DNA of 32,906 nt, taken from contig CAZJNB010000001.1 in the NCBI GenBank assembly GCA_964547385.1, positions 1-32,906 of the forward strand. Direction: 5' to 3'. This DNA comes from an uncultured bacterium. GTDB lineage: Bacteria; RBG-13-66-14; B26-G2; WVWN01. Positions 8,361 through 16,914 of the stretch are shown piece after piece (within the stretch, counting starts at the first letter, position 1; every line of letters begins with the position of its first letter). Under the pieces are notes generated by a model that saw only the letters and a program-made list of their open reading frames with translations, was not told the origin of the DNA and did not search any database. Position numbers and translations under genes: made by a program.

Positions 8361-9459
8361 AGAACCCTTCCACCGCGGCGCACACGTCGTCCACCTGACT
8401 ATCATCCATCTCCGGCCACAGCGGCAACGAGAGGACCTCCCGCGCCGCTTTTTCGGCTTCCGGAAAAGAACCTTCGCCGTAATCGAGGAACGCGAACGCC
8501 GGCGTCAAGTGGACCGGCGTCGGGTAGTAGACCGCCGATGCGATTCCCCGCGCCGCCAAGAAATCTTTCAGCTCGTCGCGCCGCGCCACCCGGACGGTGA
8601 ACTGGTGATAGGCCGGCGTGCACGCCGCGGGTTCCGCGAGCAACGTGATACCGTCTACCGCACCCAACCGCTCGCGATACCGGCCTACGAGCTCCCGCGT
8701 CCGCGCCGCCCACTCGTCGAGGTGCGGCAACTTCACCGCCAAGAGCGCCGCCTGGAGGCCGTCGAGCCGGCTCTTGTAACCAATTTCCTCCGGATAATTC
8801 TTCCGGGCCGCGCCGTGCACGCGGAGGCGCCGCGCCCGCGCCGCCATCTCGTCGTCGTCGGTGGCGAGGAGGCCGCCGTCGCCGAAGGCGCCCAGGTTCT
8901 TCGTGGGGAAGAAAGAGAACGCCGCCGCCGCGGCCAGGCTCCCCACCTTCCGGCCCCCTACTTCCGCGCCCATAGCCTGCGCCGCGTCCTCCACTACGGC
9001 GACGCCCGGCGCCGCTTCCTTCAACGCGGCGACGTCCGCCGGGAGGCCATAGAGGTGGACCGGCAGGACAACCTTGGTGCGCGGCGTCACCGCCGCGGCC
9101 ACCCGCGCCGGCTCGAGGTTCAACGTCGCCGGCGAGACGTCCGCGAAGACCGGCCGCGCGCCGAGCCGCACGATGACGTCGGCGCTCGCGACGAACGTGA
9201 ACGGCGTCGTGACTACCTCGTCGCCCTCGGCCACGCCCAAGGCCCGGAGGGCGATGAGCAACGCGTCGGTCCCGGAGCCGACGCCGACGGCGTGGGCCAC
9301 GCCCAGGTAGGAAGCGCACGCGCGCTCGAACGATGCCACCGGCGGCCCGAGGACGTATTGCCCGGCGGCGAGGAACGTCCGCACCGCCGCCGCCAGCTCG
9401 CCCTCCAGCGAGCGGTATTGCGCCGCTACATCTTTGAGGGGAATCCGTACGTCCGTCAT
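8350..9459 (-). CDS. DegT/DnrJ/EryC1/StrS-family PLP-dependent sugar aminotransferase (WbpE-like)
   Basis: The N-terminus reads IPLKDVAAQYRSLEGELAAAV..FLAAGQYVLGPPVASFERACASYLGV.HAVGVGSGTDALLIALRALGV..GDEVVTTPFTFVASA, which is typical of the family. The ORF is 369 aa. Confidence 0.85.
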   Translation of the reverse strand: MTDVRIPLKDVAAQYRSLEGELAAAVRTFLAAGQYVLGPPVASFERACASYLGVAHAVGVGSGTDALLIALRALGVAEGDEVVTTPFTFVASADVIVRLGARPVFADVSPATLNLEPARVAAAVTPRTKVVLPVHLYGLPADVAALKEAAPGVAVVEDAAQAMGAEVGGRKVGSLAAAAAFSFFPTKNLGAFGDGGLLATDDDEMAARARRLRVHGAARKNYPEEIGYKSRLDGLQAALLAVKLPHLDEWAARTRELVGRYRERLGAVDGITLLAEPAACTPAYHQFTVRVARRDELKDFLAARGIASAVYYPTPVHLTPAFAFLDYGEGSFPEAEKAAREVLSLPLWPEMDDSQVDDVCAAVEGFYGG

Positions 9460-9471
9460 CTCGTTACGACG

Positions 9472-10077
9472 CTACGGCGCCAGCGAAAGCCCCACGGGCC
9501 CGAGGACGTAGCCGGCGCCACAGCGCCCGCATACGCGTCGCTCGCCTGCGTAGAAGTCGCCGAGCCGCTCGCCGCAGGCGCATACGTAACCCCTAAGCCG
9601 AGCCGGGACGCCCGCGACCAGCGCGAACGCCGGGACGTCCGCGACGACGACCGCGCCCGCGGCGACGAACGCGTGCTCGCCTACGGTAACGCCGCAGACG
9701 ACGGTGCAGTTCGCGCCGAGGGTAGCGCCGCGCCGGACGAGCGTCTTCTCAAAGTCCGCGCTCGAGGCCCGGGGAAACGCCGCCCGCGGGTCCCGTACGT
9801 TCGTGAAGACCATCGACGGCCCGCAGAAGACGTCGTCCTCCAACGTTACGCCCTCGTAGACGCTGACGTTGTTTTGGAGATGGACGTTGGCGCCGATGGC
9901 AACGTTCGGCGCCACGAACACGTTCTGCCCGAGGACGCAACGCGCGCCGATACTGCTGGGGCCCATCACGTGGCAGAAGTGCCATATCTTCGTCCCGGCG
10001 CCGATGACCGCGCCGTCGTCCACGACGGCCGTCGGGTGCACATAATAATCGCTTTTTCTCTTGCCGTCTTTTGTCAT
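9472..10077 (-). CDS. Left-handed beta-helix (hexapeptide-repeat) sugar N-acetyltransferase (WbpD/WlbB-like) with Cys-rich C-terminal tail
   Basis: YYVHPTAVVDDGAVIGAGTKIWHFCHVMG.SSIGARCVLGQNVFVAPNVAIGANVHLQNNVSVYEGVTLEDDVFCGPSMVFTNV. The C-terminal tail carries CAC...CGRC. Confidence 0.8.
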   Translation of the reverse strand: MTKDGKRKSDYYVHPTAVVDDGAVIGAGTKIWHFCHVMGPSSIGARCVLGQNVFVAPNVAIGANVHLQNNVSVYEGVTLEDDVFCGPSMVFTNVRDPRAAFPRASSADFEKTLVRRGATLGANCTVVCGVTVGEHAFVAAGAVVVADVPAFALVAGVPARLRGYVCACGERLGDFYAGERRVCGRCGAGYVLGPVGLSLAP

Positions 10078-10083
10078 CTGATA

Positions 10084-11091
10084 TTAAAAGGCCCCCTCCA
10101 AGCGGACCGGCGCGCCCGCGGCCCGCGCCGACTTCTGCGCCGCCGCCAGGACCTTGACGACCGCGGCCCCCTGGCGGCCGTCCGCCCGCGGCCGCGCCCG
10201 TGTCCTCACGCACGCGAGGAAGTGCTTGAGCTCTTCTTCCAACGAATCCGCGGCGGCGAGCTCGAGCCGGCGTTCGCCCTCGTCGAACACCGCCGGCCCC
10301 GTCGGCCCGGGCCGTGCGCCCCGCCGGTAAATCGCCAGCTCGCTCGGGCCCCGCTGTTCCCAAACCGCCATCGCCCGGTCCCCCACGACGACGAAGCGGC
10401 GCGTGGCAACGGGGTAGAGCCACGACGCCCAGATATACGCGGCGACGCCGTCTTCGAACGTCAGGTTCAACGATGCCGCGTCGGCGACGCCCGCGCCGCG
10501 CGCGTCCGTTAAAACTGCGGACGCCGACGTGGGCGAAGTCCCGATAAGCGATAGCGCCGCGGCGACATCGTGCGCCGCGAGGCTGAACAACACGTCCTCC
10601 TCGGTGCGCACCGTCCCGAGCTTCGCCCGGGTCGCCGCTACGTATTTTACGGCGCCGAGCTCGCCGCCCGAGACCGCGGCCGCCAGCGCCGCGAACGCCG
10701 GGTCGAACAGCAAGATGTGTCCGACCATCAGAACCGTCCCGCGCTCCTCGGCCAGCCGCACCAGGTCCGCGGCGTCCGCGGCCGTGAGCGCCAAGGGCTT
10801 CTCCACCAGGAGGTCTTTCCCGGCGCCGATGGCCGCGCGCGCCAACGCCGCGTGGCGCGCCGCCGGCGCGGCGATGACCGCCGCGGGCCAATCGCCGGCC
10901 AGAAACTCCTCCCACGAGCTTAACGCCACCGCCGCCGGGCATTCCCGGGCCACCGCACGCCGTCGGCCTTCGTCCACTTCGTAGAACGCCACCCGCCCCT
11001 CGCCGAGTATCGCCGCCAACTTCGCGAGGTGCTTCGCGCCCCAGCGGCCTACGCCGATGACGGCGACTTTGGCCTCTTTGTCCACCGTCAC
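10084..11091 (-). CDS. Gfo/Idh/MocA-family NAD-dependent sugar oxidoreductase (WbpB/GnnA-like)
   Basis: Rossmann N-terminus KVAVIGVGRWGAKHLAKL and EKPLALT motif. The preferred start is GTG 11091, forming a GTGA overlap with the upstream stop at 11088-11090. The track ORF extends to 11253 inside the upstream gene. Confidence 0.8.
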   Translation of the reverse strand: MTVDKEAKVAVIGVGRWGAKHLAKLAAILGEGRVAFYEVDEGRRRAVARECPAAVALSSWEEFLAGDWPAAVIAAPAARHAALARAAIGAGKDLLVEKPLALTAADAADLVRLAEERGTVLMVGHILLFDPAFAALAAAVSGGELGAVKYVAATRAKLGTVRTEEDVLFSLAAHDVAAALSLIGTSPTSASAVLTDARGAGVADAASLNLTFEDGVAAYIWASWLYPVATRRFVVVGDRAMAVWEQRGPSELAIYRRGARPGPTGPAVFDEGERRLELAAADSLEEELKHFLACVRTRARPRADGRQGAAVVKVLAAAQKSARAAGAPVRLEGAF

Positions 11092-12245
11092 GAACGGCGC
11101 CCCCGCGCCCGCAATAGCCCTTCGTACATTTGCGCGTAGCCGTCGAGCATCTTCTCGACGGTGAACTCCCACGCCACCCGCGCGCGGCCAGCTTGCCCCA
11201 TCGCCCGCCGCAACTCCGGCGCCCGCGCCAGGTAGTAAAGCGCTTCGGTCCACGCGCGCACGTCCCCCACCGGTACCAACAGGCCCGTTCGCTCCGGCTC
11301 CACTAATTCAGTGTTGCCGCCCACCGGCGTCGTTATGACCGGTAACGCCGCGGCCATCGCCTCCAATATCGCGACCGACAACCCCTCCGACGGCGTCGGT
11401 AAGACGAAGATGTCCGAGCCGGCAAGGAGCCGGGGAACGTCGTCGCGGAAGCCGAGGAGGGTTACGCGGCGGGCGATGCCGAGCTGGGCCGCGGCCTTCC
11501 TAATCTGGGGCCCGCCCCAGTGCCCTTCGCCGACTACCACCAAGCGCAGGTCCACGCCGCGGGCGACGACCTCGGCCACCGCGGGTAATAAGTCGCGGTG
11601 TCCCTTGGCGTCGAGGGACGCCACGACAGTCGCGACGACCGCCCACCGCGGCGCGCCCAGTTCCCGGCGCACGCGCCGCCGTTCCGCCGCGGCGGCGTCG
11701 AAGGGCGCTACGTCCAAGCCGTTCGGGATACGGCTAATCACCTCGGCGCGCACGCCGCACCTCTCGCCCAGCTCGTCGCCGATCTCCGCGGACACCGCGA
11801 CGTGCCGGTCGAATAATTTCCGCAAACAGAAACTATAGAACCGCGCGGCGAAGTCATCCTTAACCGCGAGGGTATCTCGCGCCAAGTTGATTTGCCCGTG
11901 CTGGGTGGAAACGACGGCCGCGCCCGCGAGCCGGCCCGCAAGCGCCGCGACGAAGTCGGCCCGCCGGGTGTGCGTATGCACGATATCGAACCCCTCGCCG
12001 CGGACGAGGGTGAAGTAACGGCGAATCGCCCATATGTCGTATTTACCTTTAATCTCGACGTCGAAAACGGGCACGGCCGCGGCCCGGAAGCGAGATACGT
12101 AGCGCTCCGCCGCGGGCGCCGCGAGCGCGGTGCCGAAGCCGCGCGCCGGCAAGCCCCGGCATAGCGCCAACACCGTCGCGAGGTTCCCGCCCCACGACGA
12201 GTAGTTGTGGACCATCAGGACGCGGGCCCTGCGGCCGTCGGCCAT
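11088..12245 (-). CDS. GT4-family (GT-B fold) glycosyltransferase
   Basis: RVLMVHNYSSWGG N-terminus. The C-terminal E-x7-E region reads PTPSEGLSVAILEAMAAALPVITTPVGGNTELVE. Confidence 0.8.
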   Translation of the reverse strand: MADGRRARVLMVHNYSSWGGNLATVLALCRGLPARGFGTALAAPAAERYVSRFRAAAVPVFDVEIKGKYDIWAIRRYFTLVRGEGFDIVHTHTRRADFVAALAGRLAGAAVVSTQHGQINLARDTLAVKDDFAARFYSFCLRKLFDRHVAVSAEIGDELGERCGVRAEVISRIPNGLDVAPFDAAAAERRRVRRELGAPRWAVVATVVASLDAKGHRDLLPAVAEVVARGVDLRLVVVGEGHWGGPQIRKAAAQLGIARRVTLLGFRDDVPRLLAGSDIFVLPTPSEGLSVAILEAMAAALPVITTPVGGNTELVEPERTGLLVPVGDVRAWTEALYYLARAPELRRAMGQAGRARVAWEFTVEKMLDGYAQMYEGLLRARGRRS

Positions 12246-12267
12246 CGCCGCCCTTCCGAAATTTCAA

Positions 12268-12294
12268 CGGCACGGCTCACGCCCGGCCGTGCCG
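12268..12294 (-). terminator. Possible terminator hairpin between the small membrane protein gene and the GT4 operon
   Basis: 9-bp stem CGGCACGGC/GCCGTGCCG with a 9-nt loop. On the minus strand it is followed by TTGAAATTT, which is only a moderate U-tract. Confidence 0.35.
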
Positions 12295-12329
12295 GCAAAG
12301 GGTATCGCGATAATTACCCGCGGCGCCGC

Positions 12330-12737
12330 TCAACGTTCGCCGGGCGCCTCGTCGGAACGGTGGAGCAAGCGATACCAGAAGCTCTTGCTCTTCTCTGCGC
12401 GGATCTCCTCCAAACGCCCTACGAAATAGACGCGATAGTAATCCACCATATCCCTGGGCGTAAAGACCGGCGTCAACTCCTCATCTTGGAGCGCCTCGTA
12501 GCGTTTCTTGAACGCCGCGTCCACGGCCAACCGCTCCTCTATAAGCCGGGCACAAGCCTGGTCGTCGCCGGCGTCGAACTTCGCCCGGGCGTCGGCGGGC
12601 AAGACCTCCCGCCACTTCGCGAGCCGCTTCTCGAGGTTTCCCTCCTCGCTCTCCTTAAGGGCGCCCAATATCAAAATCAAAACCGCCGCGGCGACCATTA
12701 TCGGCAGGATTATCTTCTCTACTTTCCACTCGGACAT
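12330..12737 (-). CDS. Small single-pass membrane protein, unknown function
   Basis: ATG 12737 is preceded by AGGTGA. The protein begins MSEWKVEKIILPIMVAAAVLILILGAL (TM helix), followed by a charged helical region. The track ORF start at 12896 lies inside the upstream gene. Confidence 0.55.
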   Translation of the reverse strand: MSEWKVEKIILPIMVAAAVLILILGALKESEEGNLEKRLAKWREVLPADARAKFDAGDDQACARLIEERLAVDAAFKKRYEALQDEELTPVFTPRDMVDYYRVYFVGRLEEIRAEKSKSFWYRLLHRSDEAPGER

Positions 12738-12748
12738 ACGATCACCTT

Positions 12749-13564
12749 TCAGGCGAACGCGACCGCGGCGTAGCCGACGACGCGGCCGTAGTCGCCGGAG
12801 GCGTCGCCGGAACTCGCATATTTGATGAGCGTCCCGCGCGAGGCGCCCAACGCCCGGAAGGCGACGAGCGCCACCGCCGCGGGCCACACGCCGCACATCG
12901 AAATCGCGTGCTCCCGCGTTACGGCGAGAAGGCCCTCTTCGTCCAACGCCTCCAACCGGTCCAGCGCGAGCCGGTCCTTTCGTTCCGCGGCCGCCGCCGA
13001 CTCGTAATGCGTCATATCGCTCGAGACGATGATGACGACTTCATCTTGGCGCGGCGCCACCGCCGCGGCGAGGGCCTCGCCCATCGCGCGCACCGCCGCC
13101 AACGACGTCGGCGCCAGCGCAACCGGTACGATGCGCGCGGCCGGGTTCACGAACTGGACGAAGGGGAGGACGACCTCGAGGGAATGCTCCGGCCGATGCG
13201 CGGCCTCGTCGGCGACGAAACCCGCGCCGGCGGCGACAAGCGCGTCGGCCAACGCCACGTCAACCGCGGCGTCGCCCAGCGGCGTCCGCCAGGCGCCCGC
13301 CCCCCAAACGGCGCACCCGGCGCCGGCGCCGTGGTGCTTAGGCCCGAGGAGGACCACCGTCGCCGGGACCGAGAGCCGCGCGAAGAGCGCGCCCGCGGTG
13401 GCCCCCGAGTAGATGTAGCCGGCGTGCGGGCACAGGCCACCCAGGTAGCGTTCCGGGGCACTTTCGTCGCCGATATACCGGGCGACTTCTTCCCGCAAGG
13501 CCTCGCCGTCGGCGGGATAAAACTGCCCGGCGACGACCGGCTCTCTAAGGCTTGTCGTCGCCAT
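12749..13564 (-). CDS. Memo-like protein (AmmeMemoRadiSam system protein B family)
   Basis: Family motifs VAGQFYPADGE, CPHAGYIYSG, LLGPKHHG, W.TPLGD, EHSLEVVLPFVQF, VSSDMTHY and SMCG. Confidence 0.8.
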   Translation of the reverse strand: MATTSLREPVVAGQFYPADGEALREEVARYIGDESAPERYLGGLCPHAGYIYSGATAGALFARLSVPATVVLLGPKHHGAGAGCAVWGAGAWRTPLGDAAVDVALADALVAAGAGFVADEAAHRPEHSLEVVLPFVQFVNPAARIVPVALAPTSLAAVRAMGEALAAAVAPRQDEVVIIVSSDMTHYESAAAAERKDRLALDRLEALDEEGLLAVTREHAISMCGVWPAAVALVAFRALGASRGTLIKYASSGDASGDYGRVVGYAAVAFA

Positions 13565-13976
13565 CGCGCGCGGCCTTCCGGCTATACTCGCGGATTAACG
13601 CGACCTCCTCGTCATCCAGCCGGCCGTCCCCAATCGCCTTGCGGATGAGCATCGCGAGCTCGTGTTTTTCGCCCTCGGACATCGCCGGCAAATCTTCCGA
13701 CATCGGCCCGAGCTCCCGTTTAAGGCCGTCTACTCCCGCCGGCGGGATGCCGGCCTCCTCGGCCAACCGCTCGATGATGATTTCGGTAACGAGCTCTTCC
13801 GCACGCTTTTCGCCGCGGACGACGAGTAAGAGCCGGTAGCCGACGCTCGCCGGCTCGTGGCTCCAGCGGATAACGAAGGCCGCCGCCACCGCCACTATTA
13901 GGAAGGCGGCCCCTGCCAACGCGAGGGACGTTACCAGACAGCCGCGCCGCCGCGGGCTCTCTTCGGGCGAGTCCAT
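13545..13976 (-). CDS. Small N-terminally anchored membrane protein, unknown function
   Basis: TM helix LVTSLALAGAAFLIVAVAAAFVI followed by an acidic helical domain. ATG 13976 is preferred over TTG 13979. It overlaps the downstream gene by 20 nt. Confidence 0.5.
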   Translation of the reverse strand: MDSPEESPRRRGCLVTSLALAGAAFLIVAVAAAFVIRWSHEPASVGYRLLLVVRGEKRAEELVTEIIIERLAEEAGIPPAGVDGLKRELGPMSEDLPAMSEGEKHELAMLIRKAIGDGRLDDEEVALIREYSRKAARDGDDKP

Positions 13977-14003
13977 CAATATACGGCTTCCAAACCTTTT
14001 GTT

Positions 14004-14032
14004 ATTATATAAGGCTGGCGCGCGCCGGTCAA
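14004..14032 (-). promoter_or_regulatory. Sigma70-like promoter (TTGACC - 17 nt - TATAAT) for the 13976 operon
   Basis: The minus strand reads tttcccTTGACCggcgcgcgccagccttaTATAATaac, just downstream of the valS stop. Confidence 0.55.
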
Positions 14033-14058
14033 GGGAAAAGCCGGCGGCACCTCACCGT

Positions 14059-16701
14059 TTATTGCAACGCCGCCAGGTTATCCTCGACGCGCCCGAGCTT
14101 ATTTTCGAGTTCATCGAGGCGGCTCGTGCTCGCGGCGACGACGTCCGCGGGGGCCTTTTTCACGAAGTTTTCGTCGCCGAGTTTTCGGCTTAGGGTCTCG
14201 ATGTCGTGGGCGAGCTTTTTCTTCGCCTTGGTAAGCCTCTGGACTTCCACGTCGAAGTCTATCAGCCCCTCGAGGGGAACGAAGACCGTAACGTCGGCGG
14301 CGACGGCGGCCGCGGCGTGGGCCGGCCGTTTCGCCGTGGCGAGCGGCCCGGCGCTCGATATCCGGCCCAGCGCAAAGAAAGGCCGGAGCCCCTCGGCCAC
14401 GCGCGCGGCCGACTCTTTGTCATCGGAGGAGAGTAGGATATCTACCATACTCGCCGGCGACACGTTCATCTCCGCGCGGACGCTGCGTACCGCCCGCACG
14501 ACTTCGAAAAGGCTTTCGACTTCGCGTTCGGTATCCTCGTCGACCGCGGCGGCGTCCGCGGCGGGCCAGGGCGCCTGGGCGCAGAAGCCGGCGCCGGCGC
14601 CGAGCACCTGATATAGCTCCTCGGTGATGAACGGCATTATAGGGTGCATCAGCCGGAGGAAGACGTCAAAGACATAGCCGGCGACGCGGGCCGCGGCGTC
14701 GCCCCCCGCGGCGCGGCCGTAAAGGCGGGGCTTGATGGCCTCTAAATACCAGTCGCAATACTCGCCCCAGAAGAACTGGTATAAGCCCTGGGCGAGGTCG
14801 TTGAAACGCATCTCGTCGAGGGCGCGGGCGGCCGCGGCGCGGGCCCGCTCGAGCCGGGAGAGGACCCACTTATCGACCAAAGTACGCGCCGCCGGCGGCG
14901 GCAGCGACCGGTCGTCGAGCGCCGCAAGTTGCGGCGAGAGAAAGCGGCCCGCGTTCCAGATTTTATTGGTGAGGTTGCGGCCGAGGTCGAAACGTTCCTC
15001 CCACAAACGGAACGACTGCGTGTGAGAGCACAACGCGGCGAGGGTGAAGCGTACCGCGTCGGCGCCATGTTGGTCGATGAGGTTGAGGGGGTCGGTGCCG
15101 GTCCCGAGCGACTTCGACATCCGCCTGCCCTCGGCGGTCTGGATCATCGGATGGAAATAGACGGTACGGAAGGGGAAATGGCCGGTGAACTTGAGGGAGC
15201 TGAATATCATCCGGGCGACCCACGCAAAGATGATGTCCGCGCCGGTGCATAGTAGATTTGTCGGGTAATAGTGGCGGAGGTCGGCGGTATCCGCCGGCCA
15301 CCCCATCGTCGAGAAGGGCCAGAGCGCCGAGCTGAACCAAGTATCGAGGACATCCTCGTCCTGGCGGATGTTGGCGGAACCGCACCGACACGCCGTCGGG
15401 TCCTCCCGGGCGACGATGATTTCGCCGCAGTCGTCGCAATACCACGCCGGGATCCGATGACCCCACCATAGTTGGCGGGAGACGCACCAATCGCGGATGT
15501 TGTCGAGCCAGTCGAAATATACTTTCGTCCACCGCGCCGGGATAAACTCGACTTCCCCATCGGCGACGGCGGCGCGCGCCGGCGCCGCGAGCTCGGGCAT
15601 TCGGACGAACCACTGCGGCGAGAGGTGCGGCTCGACGACGGTGCGACACCGGTCGCAAGTCGCGAGCGGGACGCTGTAGGCCTTGGTGGCCTCGAGCAGA
15701 CCCGCGAGCTGGAGGTCTTTGAGGACCGCGTCCCGGCACCGCTCGCGCGTCAGACCGCGGTATCTCTCCGGGACCTCGTCCGTCATCCGCGCGTCCTCGT
15801 CTATGACGACGAGCGCGCGCAAGTCGTGCCGGCCGGCGATGTCGTAGTCGGCGGCGTCGTGCGCCGGCGTTATCTTCAGCGCGCCGGTCCCAAAGGAGGC
15901 GTCCACCGCCTCGTCGGCGATGACCGGAATCTCGCGCTCGGCGAGCGGCAATAGCACTTCCGTTCCTACGAGCCGGCGGTAACGCTCGTCCTGGGGGTTG
16001 ACCGCGACCGCGGCGTCGCCCAGCATCGTCTCCGGGCGGGTGGTCGCGACAACGACGCCCTCGCCGCCGCCTACGCCCGGGTAGCGAATCAGCCACAACA
16101 TCCCGTCCGTTTCCTCGTGGCGTACCTCGAGGTCCGAGAGGGCCGTCCGACAACGGGGGCACCAGTTGACGATACGGCGACCGCGGTAGAGCAAGCCGTC
16201 CTCCCAATACCGGACAAAGGCCTCGCGGACCGCGCGCGACAACGCCGGGTCCATCGTGAAGCGGAGGCGGCTCCAATCACAGCTACAACCCAACCGCTTC
16301 AACTGGTGGACGATCGTCCCGCCGTATTTCTCTTTCCACGCCCACGCGCGCCGCAGAAACTCCTCGCGCCCGAGCTCGTGGCGGCTCAGGCCCTCTTTCG
16401 CGAGCTCGCGTTCGATTACCGTATGGGTTGCGATGGAGGCGTGGTCCGTCCCGGGAAGCCAGAGGGTATCACACCCGGCCATCCGCCGTTGCCGGACGTA
16501 GATGTCCTGGAGCGTATTATTGAGAGCGTGGCCTATGTGGAGGGCGCCGGTAACGTTCGGCGGCGGTATTACGATAACGAAGGTCCCCGCAGGCGAAGTC
16601 GGCTCGTCCGGCGCGGTGAATACGCCGGCCTCCTCCCACTCTCGATACCATCGTTCTTCCAGCTCCGCGGCGTCATAACGGGGAGCGAACTCTCTGACCA
16701 T
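14059..16701 (-). CDS. valS: Valine--tRNA ligase
   Basis: PPPNVTGALHIGHALN (HIGH motif), RMSKSLGTG (KMSKS motif), class Ia editing domain, and a C-terminal coiled coil. The preferred start is ATG 16701 (MVREF), preceded by GGAGGT. The track start at 16716 lies within that SD sequence. Confidence 0.95.
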   Translation of the reverse strand: MVREFAPRYDAAELEERWYREWEEAGVFTAPDEPTSPAGTFVIVIPPPNVTGALHIGHALNNTLQDIYVRQRRMAGCDTLWLPGTDHASIATHTVIERELAKEGLSRHELGREEFLRRAWAWKEKYGGTIVHQLKRLGCSCDWSRLRFTMDPALSRAVREAFVRYWEDGLLYRGRRIVNWCPRCRTALSDLEVRHEETDGMLWLIRYPGVGGGEGVVVATTRPETMLGDAAVAVNPQDERYRRLVGTEVLLPLAEREIPVIADEAVDASFGTGALKITPAHDAADYDIAGRHDLRALVVIDEDARMTDEVPERYRGLTRERCRDAVLKDLQLAGLLEATKAYSVPLATCDRCRTVVEPHLSPQWFVRMPELAAPARAAVADGEVEFIPARWTKVYFDWLDNIRDWCVSRQLWWGHRIPAWYCDDCGEIIVAREDPTACRCGSANIRQDEDVLDTWFSSALWPFSTMGWPADTADLRHYYPTNLLCTGADIIFAWVARMIFSSLKFTGHFPFRTVYFHPMIQTAEGRRMSKSLGTGTDPLNLIDQHGADAVRFTLAALCSHTQSFRLWEERFDLGRNLTNKIWNAGRFLSPQLAALDDRSLPPPAARTLVDKWVLSRLERARAAAARALDEMRFNDLAQGLYQFFWGEYCDWYLEAIKPRLYGRAAGGDAAARVAGYVFDVFLRLMHPIMPFITEELYQVLGAGAGFCAQAPWPAADAAAVDEDTEREVESLFEVVRAVRSVRAEMNVSPASMVDILLSSDDKESAARVAEGLRPFFALGRISSAGPLATAKRPAHAAAAVAADVTVFVPLEGLIDFDVEVQRLTKAKKKLAHDIETLSRKLGDENFVKKAPADVVAASTSRLDELENKLGRVEDNLAALQ

Positions 16702-16775
16702 ACCGATTACCTCCAAGTTCTCGCGCCCGGCCGCGGCGGAACATTGTGCCCGGCGGTGGGTGGCCCGAGCGTAAT

Positions 16776-16799
16776 AAAAAAGCCGGCATAGGGGCCGGC
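16776..16799 (-). terminator. Intrinsic terminator inside the valS 5' leader (candidate attenuator)
   Basis: The minus strand reads GCCGGC ccctat GCCGGC TTTTTT, extendable by G-U pairs. It lies about 75 nt upstream of the valS ATG, and no upstream minus-strand CDS needs terminating here. Confidence 0.6.
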
Positions 16800-16822
16800 C
16801 CGGCTACGTCGCGAGGCGCGTA

Positions 16823-16906
16823 TCACGCCGCGCGCGCCGGGCCTCGGGCTACCACTACGGGCACGCCTCCGGACGCTATCACGCCGTATTTCCGCGCGGC
16901 CGCCAT
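16823..16906 (-). CDS. Candidate 27-codon valS leader peptide (MAAARKYGVIASGGVPVVVARGPARAA)
   Basis: ATG 16906 lies 8 nt after the -10 hexamer, so the transcript would be leaderless or nearly so. The Val codons GTG CCC GTA GTG GTA are at 16864..16850. TGA is at 16825..16823, and the terminator follows within about 25 nt. Confidence 0.35.
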   Translation of the reverse strand: MAAARKYGVIASGGVPVVVARGPARAA

Positions 16907-16914
16907 CAGGTAAT

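Noticed and set aside
8308-10512. 734-aa plus-strand ORF antisense to the sugar-nucleotide operon (also 8402..9319-, 9749..10942-)
   Set aside because: It is low-complexity and R/D/E/P-rich with no recognisable motifs. The opposite-strand genes have clear family signatures and coupled starts and stops.
12303-12312. Perfect palindrome TATCGCGATA upstream of the GT4 operon, with a related ATCGCGAT at 24461..24468
   Set aside because: These are short palindromes containing a CG-rich core. Two occurrences in 33 kb are compatible with chance, and there is no positional logic relative to promoters.
14963-16276. 437-aa ORF in an alternative frame inside valS
   Set aside because: It is Arg/Pro/Gly-rich, and valS occupies the locus with HIGH and KMSKS motifs.
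16830-16870. T-box riboswitch reading of the valS leader (GUAGUGGUAGCCCG resembles the GGUGGUACCGCG T-box core)
   Set aside because: Only a 6-nt core (GUGGUA) matches, and that core is produced by the GTA-GTG-GTA Val codons. The leader (about 130 nt) is too short for a canonical Stem I, and I could not find specifier-loop, AG-bulge or distal-loop elements. I keep it only as an alternative to be excluded by an Infernal scan.
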